Positions 51,520 through 64,000 of a DNA stretch of 64,000 nt are shown piece by piece; position 1 is the stretch's first letter, and each line of letters starts with the position of its first letter. The stretch spans positions 57,660,001-57,724,000 of the forward strand of contig NC_082727.1 of assembly GCF_030144855.1 (NCBI RefSeq). Reading direction: 5' to 3'. The notes under the pieces are model-generated. The model searched no databases. It saw nothing but the letters and a program-made list of their open reading frames with translations, and was not told where the DNA came from. The position numbers and the translations under genes were made by a program. Source of the DNA: Hypanus sabinus. Taxonomy: Eukaryota.

Positions 51520-53830
51520 TTGGGCACTGGTGCAGAAGTAGGCCATCTGGCCCATAAGTAATCTGTTTCACCATTCGATCACGGCTGATTTATTATCTTT
51601 CTCAACCCATTTCTCCTCCTTTCTCCAAGTAATCTTTGATGTTCTTTCTCATCAACGTATCAACCTCCACTTTCAATACACCCAATGACTTGGCCTCTAC
51701 ATCCACCAATGACAATGAATTCCACAAATTCACTATCCTCTGGCTAAAGTAATTCCTCCTCGTCTCTGTTCTAAATGGACGCCCCTCTGTTCTGAGGCTG
51801 TGTGTTCTGGTCCTAGACTCCCTCACTGCTGGAAACATCCTCTCCATGTCCACTGTATTTATCTAAGTCTTTCAATATTCAGTAGGTTTCAATGAAATTT
51901 CAACACCCCCACCCCCATTCTTTTCGGCTCCAACAAGTACAGGACCAGAGGCGTCAAATGTTCCTCATTTACTAACCTTTCCATTCCTAGAATCATTCAC
52001 GTGAACCTCCTCTGGGCCGTCTCCAATGCCAGCACATGCTTCCTTAGATAATGGGTTCAAAACTGTTCACAATACTCCAAGTGTGGTCTGACTAATGCCT
52101 TACAAGCCTCAGGATTACATCTTCGTTTTTATATTCTAGATTGTTAATACTGAATTTGCCTTCCTTACCACCAACTTAACATACAAGTTATCCTTTAGGA
52201 ATCTCGCATGAGTATTCCCAAACCCCCTTGCTCCTCTGATTTCTAAATTTGCTCCCCATTAGAAAATAGCCTATGTCTTTTTCCTTATACTAAAGTGCAC
52301 AACCATACACTTCATTACACTCTATTCCAACAGCCACTTCTTGCCCTTTCTCCTAATTTGCAGATCCCCTGCTTCCTCAACACTACCTGCCCACTGCCCC
52401 ACCTGTCTTCATGATGCAGCATCCTGGCCACCACCCATCAGTTCTATCATCCAGATCATCACTATATAACATGAAAAGTAGCGGAGCCAACACCGGCTCT
52501 TGGGGAACACTACTAGTCACCAAAAAAGGCCACCTTCATTTGCACTCTTTGCCTTCTACCAGTTAATCTTCTGTTCATATTAATGTTTTTCTTGTAATGT
52601 CATGGGCTCCTATCTTGTTTAGCAGCCTCACTTGTGACAGCTTGTCAAAGACCTGAAAGTGCAAGCAAGTAAAGCTACAGATTCTCTGTACAACCAGCCC
52701 ATTATTTTCCCCAAAAATCCCAACAGATTTGCAGGCAAGATTTTCCCTTAAAGAAATCATGCTGCTTTTGGCCTATTTTATTATGTGCTTGCAAGTTACT
52801 CAAGACCTCATCCTTAGTCATGGACTCTAACATCTTGCCAAAGTCAGGGTAACTGGCCTATAATTTCCTCTCTTTTGCTTTTCTCCCTTCTTAAAGAGTG
52901 GAGTGACATTTGCAATTTTCCAGCCCTCTGGAACCAGCCCGGATCCAGTCATTACTGGACAATCACCAACGATTCAAGGTTAATTTTGTTGTCAAAGTAT
53001 GCATGTACAATGTAACTCAGATGTTTGTCTTCTCCAGAGAGCCATGAAATACACACGAAAAGAAAAGGAGATACAACTCATCATTGCCTCTAGCATCTTT
53101 TTGGCCATCTCTTTTAGAACCCTCATATGAAGTCCACCGGGTGATTTATCTACCTTCAGACTTGCATCTTTCCAAGTACCTTCTCATTAGTAGTAGCGAA
53201 TTCACTTTGGGTGGGGTGGGGTGGAGATACGTCTCGACCAAAGGAGGTGTAAGGTGCTCCTTCCCTCCACTAGCCTGCAGGTTACCCTTGGGCAAGTTGT
53301 GTGTAGCACCTGCTTAGCCCCCTGATCGGGGTCGCGTGAACCATGGGAGCAGGCAATGGATGGTCGTATGAGCAGCTGGTGCATATTGCAAGTCCTGGTT
53401 ATGTGACCACTGACGCCAGGCAGACAATCTCTGAAGAGTATTGATAATGGCTGCGGTCCCCCGTCTTGTAAAGACACTGCCCAGAAGAAGGTAATGGCAA
53501 ACCACTTCTGTAGAAAAATTTGCCAAGAGCAATCATGGTCATGGAAAGACCATGAACACCCACGTCATAATGACGGCGACAACTGCAACTACACTCATTT
53601 CTGCTGCCTGACCCTCGAATTTCTGGCACACTGCTGGTGTCTTCCATAGTGAAGAGTGACACAAAGTAGTTATTCAGTTCTTCTGCCGTTTCTTTGTTCC
53701 CCATTACTACCTCTCCAGCTTCATTTTCCTCTCTTTTGCTGACACTCTTGCCTCTCTTTTACTCTTTTTATCTGAAAAAAACTTATAATATCCTCTCTTA
53801 TGTTATTGGCTAGCGTACCTTCATATTTCA
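51520..53830 (-). mobile_element. Long decayed CR1 ORF2 fragment with nested insertions
   Basis: Minus-strand RTRTHSLR..RRNYFSQRIVNLWNSL, DFQVFDKLSQVRLLNKI and AEELNNYFVSLFTMED. Confidence 0.88.
53205..53585 (+). mobile_element. RTE-related SINE-like element, family A
   Basis: Contains GAAGAAGGTAATGGCAAACCACTTCTG, resembling the BovA/RTE terminal motif. Homologous copies at 6625-6912 (+) and 34517-34885 (-). Confidence 0.65.
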
Positions 53831-56539
53831 TCTGAAGGTACTTATTTAATGATAAATAAAAATGGAGCATACACATTTCACTCAGGCAGAAGTTAAATAA
53901 CATAAGTAAATAGTTTTAAATTGTGCTATAATTTAAAATATTAGGTGAGGGAAGTAAATTACACAACAAATTTTTTGAGAAGCCTGGAAGTTATTAAGAA
54001 GTAATTACAACTGTGTGTTATTAAGACTTTATTACCCATGCAGGATTTTCAAGGTATTTTACGGCAAGATGGATTAAGTTCACAACAGCCCAGCTGCTGA
54101 GAAGAAGGCAGCATTCACCTCTGCAGAAACGCACAATATCACTGACAGAAACGTCCGGATTATCTCATTCAACCTTCTAATAGCAGCAATTGCCAAACTG
54201 CTGTCAGTTTTCCAGAATAATGATGGTGAAAGCCTATCGCTTTACCATTTGTAAACCTGCAAAATCAGGGCCAGACTGAATGATGAATTGTTGCCTAAGA
54301 TTACAGCAAGCATTCTTCCTCAAAATAGTGGAATGCAAAATACATTTCACTTCCATCTGAACAGGAGAAATTGGGTCCCAATTTGATAAAGAAGAAGCAC
54401 TCAGAATTGCATTGAAATAGCACCGCAATCTTGTTGAATTGAGCAATGACAATAAGGTTCTATTTATTCTATTCTATCCTATTGAAAGTCCATATGAAGT
54501 TACACGCTCAACATGGAGTGAGATTTCACCTCATTGATAACTGTGGTAGTGAAACCACTGAAAACTGGAGAAAAGATATCACGATTGATGACTGAATAAG
54601 AAGGCAGAATAGAGCCTTCACCTTCTGAGGAGATTGAGGCACATGAGGATACCCCCACCTCCCCCAGCATCTTAACTGAATTTTACAGGAGCACCATTGA
54701 GAGCATCCTGACAAGTTGCATCTCCACCTGGGATGGGAGCAGCTGTGCATTGGAACGAACGTTTCTACAGAGGACTGTGAGAACAGCTGAGAGGATCACA
54801 AGGGTCTCCCTACCATCCACTGGGGACATTTATCAAGAGCACTGCATACACAGAGCCTTTAGTATTTTCAAGGACCTTACTCATCCATCCAGCATCCTCT
54901 GACTTTCTACATCAGGCAGGAGACTGTTATATGTGTGTGATGTGTAATACTGTGCTTTATACCTGGTCCAGAGAAACATCTTGACAAGTGTATATAGTTA
55001 CATGACAATAAACTTGACTTGACTAGAGATTCAAGGTAGAAGAACAGTGATGTCTTCAGACTGTTAGTAGACAGGCCTTGGCAGCTGAACAAATCACTGA
55101 ATTCTTGTGAAAATAAAATGCTAAATTTGACGCACAATATCTAGCGCTAGTCCAGTTTACAATAATTAGATTTAATATGGTCTTTTAAGCAAACATATTT
55201 ATTGGACAAAATGCTAAGTGCATTCGTTTACCATTTGCATTTCTCCTAATTAAATGTTTGACTCACTTTGTAATGCAATGATAGACAGGGTCTCTTTGAA
55301 GTTTATCAGAACTTTTTTTTGACATTCTGCCAGCTGTCAGTGACTAATTTTGAAGTAGAGATACATGGTACTTTGTCCATAGTTATTAGGTTAAGTTGAC
55401 ATGTTGGCATCCTACAAAACTGTAAAGGCAGTCCAGAAATAAGATCATCACAGATATTCCTTAACTCTGACAGAACTGTATATGATTAAATTGCTTGAAT
55501 AAATTTGTGAAGTTACAGTATGTACTTCAAAGTTTGTTGTATTTCTAGATTAATGAAGCAACCATTTAGCAACTTGCATTGCACCTTAACTATGAACTAA
55601 CGTGCTATGAATGTCAGGACTGAACAGCAGGTAAGTGGGGTCACGTTGGTGAGGTGGCTGGAATGGAAGTTAAGAAGGAAATTATTGAAGGGATAAGCCA
55701 GGGCTTCCCAACTTTTTTCATATCATGGACTAATACCATTAATCAATGGGTCCTCAGGTTGGGAACCCCTGCAGGCAGATACACTTTTAGAGGAACAGCC
55801 AGGTTACTGAGGAAGATTGCTGAAGGTTCTGTCTAATGGAAGACTGAATGGGTGGTGGGGGGTAGAGTTGTTGAGGACGGGGGAGCAGATAGTGGAGCAG
55901 AGAATTGGAAACCTGAAGGGGACTTGCAGAGATGGGGTAGGTGGAAAGCTACAGAAACTTGGACTATTGAAAATGGACATGAGCTGTTTTTTTGACAACA
56001 CTAGACTGAAACTTGATTAATTTGTCCTCTCTGCTGGTATCTTTCATTCTCCAGCCCTAAGGAATGTGCTTTTATGATTAACAGTGACACCTCTCTTCCA
56101 TGAATCATTCTTCAAACACCTCCAGCTAGCTTTCATTTGATCTCCTATATGATTTAATTTAGGTGAAAATTACCTGCGCAATCACCTCATCCTTCATGAC
56201 CTCCATAAAACCATTCTCTAGCATTAATTGGGCTTTCCAAAGATATCTATTCTGTGCTCTTGTTGCTACCCAAAAAATCACTCCCTGTGAGGACTGTTAT
56301 GCTTGTAATCTGACAGTAAGTGCTGCCTTCACTTGGTCAATTAATCAGATTTCCAGGTGAGCCTATTCAAAAACAACTTCTCAACAAATAACTGGTTACC
56401 TTTCAGCATAGTATTCTTAAGTATAGGTTAAAGAAAGCTGTAAAAGCAATAAGGCTGTTGTCATAGGGTCTTCAGTTTCTCTAATATAAACTGGGACCTT
56501 CTTACTGCAAGAGTTTTAAATGGGACAGAATTTGTTAGG

Positions 56540-56601
56540 GGTAGCGGTAATGAACTATTAAGCTGGGTGCCAACCTCCGAAGAAGAAGAAGAAGAAGAAG
56601 A
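56540..56601 (+). mobile_element. 62-bp 5'-truncated retroposon with (GAA)n tail
   Basis: 13-bp TSD AGAATTTGTTAGG (56527-56539 and 56602-56614), inside a CR1. Confidence 0.75.
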
Positions 56602-59468
56602 AGAATTTGTTAGGTGCATCCAGGAGGGTTTCTTAACTCAATATGTAAATAGTCCAACAAGAGGAGGGGCTGTTGTTGGGTGTTGAGTAATGGCCAGGTG
56701 ACTGATCTTCCAATGTGTGACTGGTAAGGGAATAGTTAAGTTTTTAGATCGCTATAGATAAGGATAAGTACGGATCTTGCAGGAGCGTATTAAATTGGAG
56801 CAGGGCAAATTACAAGAGCATTAGGCAGGAATGAGAGAGAGTTAATTGGGAACAACTGTTTCTTGACAAGTCCACATCAGGTGTGTGGAGGGTGTTTGAA
56901 GACCAACTGCACAGAGTACAGGACAAGTAAGTCCCGGTCAAAAGGAAAGACAAGAATGGGTAAGAGATCTTGGATGTTGAGAGAGGTGATGAATTTAGTC
57001 AAGAAGTAAAAGGAAAAGTATGTAAAGCTTAGGAAGCCACAATCTAACAGAGCCCTTGATGATTATAAAGAATCCAGAAAAGAACTCAAGAAGGGAATTA
57101 GGAAAGCCAGGAGGGACCATGAAAAGTCATTGGCAAGTAGAATTAAAGAAAATCCCAAGGCATTCTATACATACTTGAAGAGCAAGAGGATAACTAGGGA
57201 AAGGGTGGGAACACAGGGATAAAGAGGGAACATGTGCTTGGATGCAGAGGATGTGTGTGAGTATTTTACATCAGTATTCACCAAGGAGAAGTATGTGGAG
57301 AACAGGGAGTCAGTGCTGAGCATATTCCTATGTTAGGTCATTTCAAGGAGGATGTAGTGTTGGGTCTTTTAAAGAGCATTAAGGTGAATAAGTCTCTGGG
57401 GCTTGATGGAATATACCCCAGGTCATTGAGCGAGGCAAGAGAAGACATTTTTGGAGCCTTGACCAATATCTTTGTGTTCCCTCTAGCCAGAGCTGAGGTC
57501 CCAGACGACTGTCAAGTAGCTATTGCTTTCCATTATTCCATAAGGCAATCAGTAATAATCCTGGAAACTATAGACACTGAGTCTCACATCAGTCATAGAA
57601 GTTACTGGAGAGAATTCTTAAGGATAGGATTTAAGGGCATTTGAAAAACTATGGACTGATGAGGGATACCCTGCATGGGCTTGCGTAGGGCAAGTCATGT
57701 CCTACTAAATTGCCCTAAGTAGGACAATTTAAGTTTTTTGATGAAATGAGGAGGGTGATTGATGAAGGCAGAGCTGAGGATGTTGCCTATATGGATTTTA
57801 GTAAGGCAATTGACAAGGTCCCTTGTGAGAGGCTCATCCAGAAGATTAAGATGCACAGGATCCATGGTGAATTGGTCATTAGGATTCAGAACTGGCTTGA
57901 ATCCTAACCAAGCAAGGTTAGGATTCTAACCTGAAGACAGAACACAGAGTATAGTAACTGAAATGACTTATTCTGGCTGGAGGTCTGTGATTAATGGTGT
58001 TCCACAGGGATCTGTACCAGGATCTCTGCTGATTGATATGCATATAATTGAAAGTGTAGATAGGTGGATTAGTAAGTTTGCAAATGATTCAAGTACTGTT
58101 GGTGTTGTGGATAATGTAGATGACTGGCAGATATGTGGATCACTGGGCTATCTTCTGGGGAAGGTAGGAGCTGTAGAAAAAGGACAGGTTACTCCTGAAC
58201 CTGAGGGGTACCAATATCCTCATGGGCAGATTTGCTGGAGCTGTTGGGGTTGGTTTAAATTAATTTGGCAGGGGCATGGGAACCAGAGTGATAGGGCTGA
58301 AGACGGGGCAGTTGGTGTACATAGAGATGCAGTGTGTGATGATAGGTAAAACTGCAGTCAGTGGGATGAGTTGCAGTGTAATGTGGGGAAAATCAGAAAG
58401 GGTGATTGATGCAGGGTTGAAGGTTTTATATCTGTATGCATGCAGTAGACAGAAAAAAGTAGATGATCTTGTGGCACAGTTAGAGACTGGCAGGTATGAT
58501 GTGCAAAGCTTTCAAAAACCAACAGAAATCTACTAAAAATGCCATAAGGAGGGAAAATACGAAATATGGTAAACTACCCAGCAATATCAGAGATGCTATC
58601 AACAGTATTTTCAGATACATAAAGAGTGAAAGAGAGGCAAGAATATAAATTAAACTGCTGGAAAATGATGCTGGAGAGGTAGTAATAAGTGACAAGGAAG
58701 TGGTGGATGAACTCTGTAAGTATTTTGCATCTGTCTTCACTGTGGAAGACACAAGCAGTATGCCAGAAATTTGAGAATGTCAGAGAGCAAAAGTGAGTAC
58801 TAGGGAGAAGGTGCTTGGGAAGCTAAAAGTTTTGAAGATACATAGATAAGTCACCTGGACCAGAGGGACTACACCCCAGTGTTATGAAAGAGGTAACAGG
58901 AAAATTGCAAATGTCCCTCCACTCTTCCAGAAGGGGGGAAGCGGTAGAAGAAGGGAAATTATAGGTGTTAGGATCATTTCTTTCATATTATATGTTATTG
59001 ATTTGGATGACAGAACTGTGGTCAAGTTTGCAGATGATCGGTGGAGGTTAGGTAGTGTTGAAGAAGTGGTGAATCTGCAGAGGGATTTAGTCAGATTAGG
59101 AGAATGGGCTAAGCAGTGGCAGATGGAATACAGTGTCAGGAAGTGTATGTCATACACATTGGTAGGAGGAATAGAAGTGTAGACTATTTTCTAAATGGGA
59201 GAAAATTTAAAAATCTGAGCTGCAAAGGGACTTGAGAGTTATTGTCCAGGATTGCCTAAAGGTTACCTTGCAGGTTTAGTCAGTTATGAAGAAGGCAAAG
59301 AATACGGTTGGTTGTAGATCAGTTGCAGTTATGGGCAGAGAGATGGCAGGTGGAGTTCGTTCCAGCCAAAACTGAAGTGTTGTATCTGGTAGGTCAAGTG
59401 TAAAGAGGCAGCTCACTGTTAATGGCAAGACCCTTATCAGTGTTGATAAGCAGAGGGATCTTGGGGTC

Positions 59469-59863
59469 TGTCCTGTGGGGAGGCATGCCTTATTCTGATT
59501 GTCGAACGTTGCTTAGTCATGATTGGTTAGTTTAAATATTGCAGCTGCTTTTCCCATTGGATAACTGCTTGATGTCCAGTTTCAAATACCTTGGGTTTAC
59601 AGAGTGCCCATATGGGAGGTTCTCTCTCTCTTTCTCCCTTTGGTTAAGGTAAGTGGTGCATACAGCCATTGGGATTGTATGCTCTGCGCATGCTTTTAAC
59701 TAAATATGTTGGATGAATACTCAGCTCTGTAGTGTCTGTAATTTGGGGAACATGGATGTTTGATCAAATTTTTACTGTTTGTAAATTAATGATTAATATA
59801 TCTATTTAAAGTCAATGCTTTCTGTCTCACTTGTCAGGCTCGCGAACCTGATTCAACATTATA
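59469..59863. mobile_element. Probable solo LTR inserted into a CR1
   Basis: Interrupts CR1 ...GATCTTGGGGTC|CAAGTTCATAGC with 5-bp TSD GGGTC. Starts TGT, ends ATA (ACA expected). Confidence 0.7.
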
Positions 59864-61203
59864 GGGTCCAAGTTCATAGCTCCTTGAAAGCGACTACAGA
59901 GGTTGATGGGGCTGTTAAGAAGGCATGTGGCATGTTTGCCTTTATGAGTCAAGGCATTGAGTTCAAAATCCAGGAAGTTATGATGCAGCTTTATAAAACT
60001 CTAGTTAGACCACATCTGGAGTTTTGCATACAGTTCTGGTTGCCCCATATAGGAAGGATGCCAAGGCTTTGAAAAGGATGCAGGTTTACCAGGACGCTGG
60101 TTGTCTGCATTAGAGGGCGTGTGCTATCACGAGAAGGTGGACACACTTGGGTTGTTTTCTCTGTAGTGGCAGAGGGTGAGGGGAAAGAGGTTTATAAGAT
60201 TATGAACAGCATAGACAGGGAATAATATTTTCCCGGAGTTGAAATGTCTAATATCAGAAGGCATGCATTTAAAGTGAGAGGGGCTAATTTCAAAGCAGAT
60301 GTGAGGAGCAATTGTTTTTTGTACAGAGTGGTGGGGACTGGAATGTGCTGTCTGGGCTGGTGGTAGAGGCAGAAATATGAGGGGCTTCTTAGAGGCATAT
60401 GAATGTGAGGAAAGCGGAAGGATAAGAACATAACGTAGGCAGAAGAGATTACTTTATTTCGCCGTATGATTATTGATCTAATTGGTTTGGCACAACACTG
60501 TGGGCGGAAGGGCCTGTTCGAGTGCTGTACTGTTCGATGTTCTATTCTCCAGCTGGATTGCCATGATAATATGTCACTGCACACTGATGCTGGAATTTTC
60601 ACATTGTTCAATATGGAAAATGTATGGCTGCTGCCATAAGGTGAGTTTACTTGCAACAGGAAATGATAGAATGATATCCTGGAGTCCATAAAACCATACG
60701 GGATGTGATCAGAATCAGGACATTCGGCTCGGCTACTCCATCATTGCAAGTTTATTAGTGGTATTGTTTATAAATCCCTCCCTTATCGTGGTTTGGCGAT
60801 TTGAGTGCCTCGATGACCCGGTGAGCTATGTTGGGTCGAGTCAGGGTTTTTACGCTTTGGGTCTTGACAGGGTCACCCATGCCTAACAAGTTAAAGGCAG
60901 AGGCCAGACTAAGAGTGGTCCAAAAGCCCTCCAAGTTCAGGGGTTCAGCTCAGGGCTAATAACCCTGACTGGTTAGACAAAATTTGTTACAGAAACAGCA
61001 CTGAAGTATCCTTCTACATCTGTGTGCAATGGTATCCCTGCTACTCCACCTGGGACTTGTATGGCTGACAGTGGTGAAAACGGAGAGGACGCTATTGGCA
61101 TGATGAAGGAAGCCCTGAACACTACCAAGACCAAAGGCCAAGGATAGATAGAGACAGAGACATTGCTGCTCTAGACACCAGCAGGTTTAACAAGCAGTAA
61201 GTA

Positions 61204-61736
61204 CAGTACTGTGCAAAAGTCATAGGTACATATTGTATATATACAGTAGCTACGATGCCTAAGACTTGCACAACACTGCAGTAATTCTATGTATTGCACT
61301 GTACTGCTGCTGCAAAAAACAAATTTCATGACATATGTGAGTGATGCGAAATCGGGTCTCTGTTGTGAACTGTGAGTGCGAAGGGGACAGGGAGAGGGAA
61401 ATCATGGTTGGGAAAAGGGGAGGGGAGAGGGGAGGAGCAGGAAGTACCAGAGAGGTATTCTGTAATGATCAATAAACCAATTGTTTGGAATCAAATGACC
61501 TTGTCTGGTGTCTCAGAGCTGGGTGTGTCTGTATCTGCCCCATCTCCCTCATCCCGGCACTCCTTTTCTACCATTTGCCCCCCCCCCAAATGCCCCCCAT
61601 GGCACTCCACCCTCGCCATTCTCAACATCCTTTGCTCCTGCTAGATTTACAAACATGCTCTCTGCTCCACAATGACAAATGCAGTACTGTGCAAAAGCCT
61701 TAGGCACCCTGGCTACAAGACTTTTGCACAGTACTG
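61204..61736 (+). mobile_element. Composite Tc1-type MITE
   Basis: TA|CAGTACTGTGCAAAAGTC...GACTTTTGCACAGTACTG|TA, inserted in the (AGTA)n tail of an RTE derivative. Confidence 0.88.
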
Positions 61737-62432
61737 TAGGTTTATAAATGAGTGTAGTGTATCAGGCATTGGATGTAATTAAACACATGGTTGAAATTGA
61801 GGTGCTCAATTTCAAAAAGAGGAATTTCAATTTCAATTTCAGAAAGAGAGAACAAGAGAGTCTTTCATAAGCCTGAAGTGGGAAGAGAGAGATATGAACG
61901 TGCATGCTGATGAGTTCCTGTTGTGAACAGCCTGAAAGGTACGCATGTATAGAGTAGTAGTTTGTGACAGGCCATGGGGAGAGCAAGATTATGAGAAATG
62001 CAATGGTACACTTGAAAGTCCAGATACAAGGAAACTCCATTTACGAAAGGGAAAACAAACACACTCTAAGAAGACTTGGCATAGATTAACGGGATAAGAA
62101 TAGATACATAGGAACAGAGAGGAAAGGCCATGTGGAAAGTGGAAGCATTCAAGTAATTGTGGGAACTAAGAATAAATGACTAACCAAGCTATTGCTAATG
62201 AGAAATCCATGAGGGCGAGGCAGGAAGGTGAGAGAGGGAAAAGAATAAAAGACAGCTGGAAGTTGAAGGAGAAATTAATCCCATTCTCAAAATGAGAATG
62301 AAGATTGGCATCATAATGACTTCCATTAACGATTCAAAGTACATTTTATTCCCAAAGAGTGTGTACTTTGTATAGAACACCCAAGGGACATCCTCCTGCA
62401 GGCAAGCCACGAATCAAAGAAACACCATGGAA

Positions 62433-62564
62433 TATGAGAAAATCTGCAGATGCTGGAAATCCATGTAATACACACAAAATGATGCAGGAACTCAGCAGGC
62501 CAGGCAGCATCTGTGGAAAAGAGTAAATAGTCAACTTGTAGGGCCAAGACCCTACATCAAGACT
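62433..62564 (-). mobile_element. Hammerhead-family short retroposon nested in a longer retroposon
   Basis: TSD CACCATGGAA / CAACATGGAA (62423-62432 and 62565-62574, 9/10 match). The core is decayed (TTGATGT...TACA). Confidence 0.8.
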
Positions 62565-62994
62565 CAACATGGAACCCATTGAAGAAAATATGAAACACCC
62601 AAAGTGCAAAAAGACGAACAAAATGTGCGAATGGCAAAAAGCAAGCGAACAACACAGAGAATTTATAACATCAAACTGGTAGTATTCAGTTTAGTTCACT
62701 GCTCCAGGTCACAGCCATTCTTCACTGAAGATCCCCAACCAGCATTGATTGTCCCGATCATACTTCTCAAAAACAGCAAAGGAAGAGTAACCAGATTCTG
62801 GAAACACATGCAACACAAACCTCAAAACGAGTCCACAGCCTTGCCGATTAATCCTGGCAACATGTATCCCAAGACCCCTGCACTTTACTCCAATAGTAGC
62901 TAGCAAGAGGGAGGGGAAGACAGGTCAAATGCAGGCAGATGGCACCAAACTCCTGCCTGTCCTCCACTCTCGCCCTTGCCAACTTAAACCTTGC

Positions 62995-63325
62995 TCGACA
63001 CCTCAATCAGAGAGAAACAATGGAGTCGATCATGGACTTGCACCTCGACACCTCAATTGGAGAGAAGCAACCGAGTCGATCATGGGGTCACGCTCTCGAT
63101 GTCTCAACGAGAGAAGCAATAGAGTTGATCATGGGCTTGCACCTCGACGTGTCAATCAGAGAGAAACGATGGAATCGATCACAGGCTCACACCCTTGACA
63201 GAGAGAAACAATGGAGTCAATCATGGGCTCTTGTCCTCAATGCCACAATCAGTGCCTCAATCAAAGTGGAACAATGGAGTTGATCACGGACCACACCTTG
63301 ACACCTCAACTAGAGAGAAGCAATG
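62995..63325. repeat. Minisatellite, about 7 diverged units of ~50 bp
   Basis: Unit CTCGACACCTCAATCAGAGAGAAACAATGGAGTCGATCATGGACTTGCAC. Confidence 0.85.
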
Positions 63326-64000
63326 TGACCTCACCCCGTCTCCAGGCTACTGGGCCTTCAGGCTGCACACTCTGAATGAAAACCCTCTGAGCACTGAGAT
63401 TCCTTAACTGACCACTTATTGGATAGTACTGCTATTCAGCCCTCATCTTTAAACATGAGATGCAGCAACACCAAGTGAGGTATACTGAGAGGTTTCTGAG
63501 CCTGTTGCACTCAGATCTCATTCACAACTTCCCACACCAATGCTGTGGAAAGAAGTCTAGAATCTGTATTGTCCTGTCTGCAATGTAGCTCTCATGGCAG
63601 ACTACAGCTGTTGGGACCGGCAGCTTGTTTTGTATCTGGCTTGTAAATTTGCATAACGATGCACAAACATGCATTCCTACAAGCCAACTTGCCACATCTT
63701 GTTGGCACAGTTGTGACTGCCAGCTCGAGTTAGCTGGCTGTGCGCCGGATGGAGAGACATTCATGACTGTACATTTTGAAGTACTATAACAATTGTTCAT
63801 TTGAAGTCTCTCCCACTTCATAATCAAGCAACGCGTAGAAAGATTTAGCCTGAAGATAACCGTTCTTTTTGACAACTGTGGCATGCTGCCACAAGCTGAA
63901 AATGATAACAACTGCCTGTTTGATATCAGACAGAATTAAAAAATTACCATCATCTTATGAGATCTGAGAGGAGCAAACAGAAAGATGTCACACATCCATG

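Larger units (their letters stand above)
56495..60545 (+). mobile_element. CR1 mosaic: long ORF2 remnant with a second CR1 (ORF1 end/ORF2 start) nested at ~58135-59300
   Basis: KSLGLDGIYPR, MDFSKAIDKVP, GVPQGSVPG, SKFAND; nested GLKVLYLYAC...LVAQLETGRYDV; the outer copy resumes at ~59300 and runs to the 3' UTR. Confidence 0.88.
62330..63370 (-). mobile_element. Long non-autonomous retroposon with AATAAA-TGTACTTTGAA tail and a 5' tandem array
   Basis: Tail (as reverse complement) at 62333-62350. Related elements at ~38540-39215 (+), 25034-25368 (+) and 52970-53060 (-). Confidence 0.55.

Noticed and set aside
54490-54540. TATGAAGTTACA (YEVT), resembling GRK exon 4
   Set aside because: Wrong strand relative to the gene, and no further similarity.
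62995-63325. Regularly spaced repeats resembling a CRISPR array
   Set aside because: The units are contiguous and diverged with no unique spacers; the context is a vertebrate intron with no cas genes.
63522-63911. 129-aa minus-strand ORF, and an LDYEV peptide in another frame near 63810-63830, as a possible GRK exon 4
   Set aside because: No recognisable domain. The DYEV frame hits a stop a few codons later and lacks the PDEK motif, suitable splice sites and the expected exon length.

Overview
Eukaryotic, repeat-rich intronic DNA. The repeat content (V-SINE/HE1-like SINEs, HER1/CR1 LINEs) suggests a cartilaginous fish, probably a ray; this is inferred. One host gene is present: five minus-strand coding exons of a GRK4/5/6-subfamily G-protein-coupled receptor kinase, most like GRK5 (31803-31900, 10879-10971, 7718-7781, 7270-7410, 2667-2857). 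All have GT-AG junctions and splice in frame. None of these exons appears in the ORF track, whose ORFs are TE fragments or noise. The introns hold CR1, Rex1/Babar-type and RTE-derived retroposons, V-SINEs, Tc1/hAT/Tigger DNA elements, two Ty3/Gypsy remnants and three solo LTRs. Four features stand out. (1) A multi-copy ~130-200 bp retroposon with target-site duplications carries a minimal type-I hammerhead ribozyme motif, and two Penelope GIY-YIG remnants in the window end in a similar motif. (2) A composite Tc1-type MITE is bracketed by two complete mini-MITE hairpins around captured DNA. (3) An internally deleted sushi-type chromovirus shows a self-priming signature. (4) A Gypsy remnant has RNase H directly before the 3' LTR, as in the Gmr1 domain order. 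TE boundaries were read by eye and are approximate unless a TSD or TIR is quoted.
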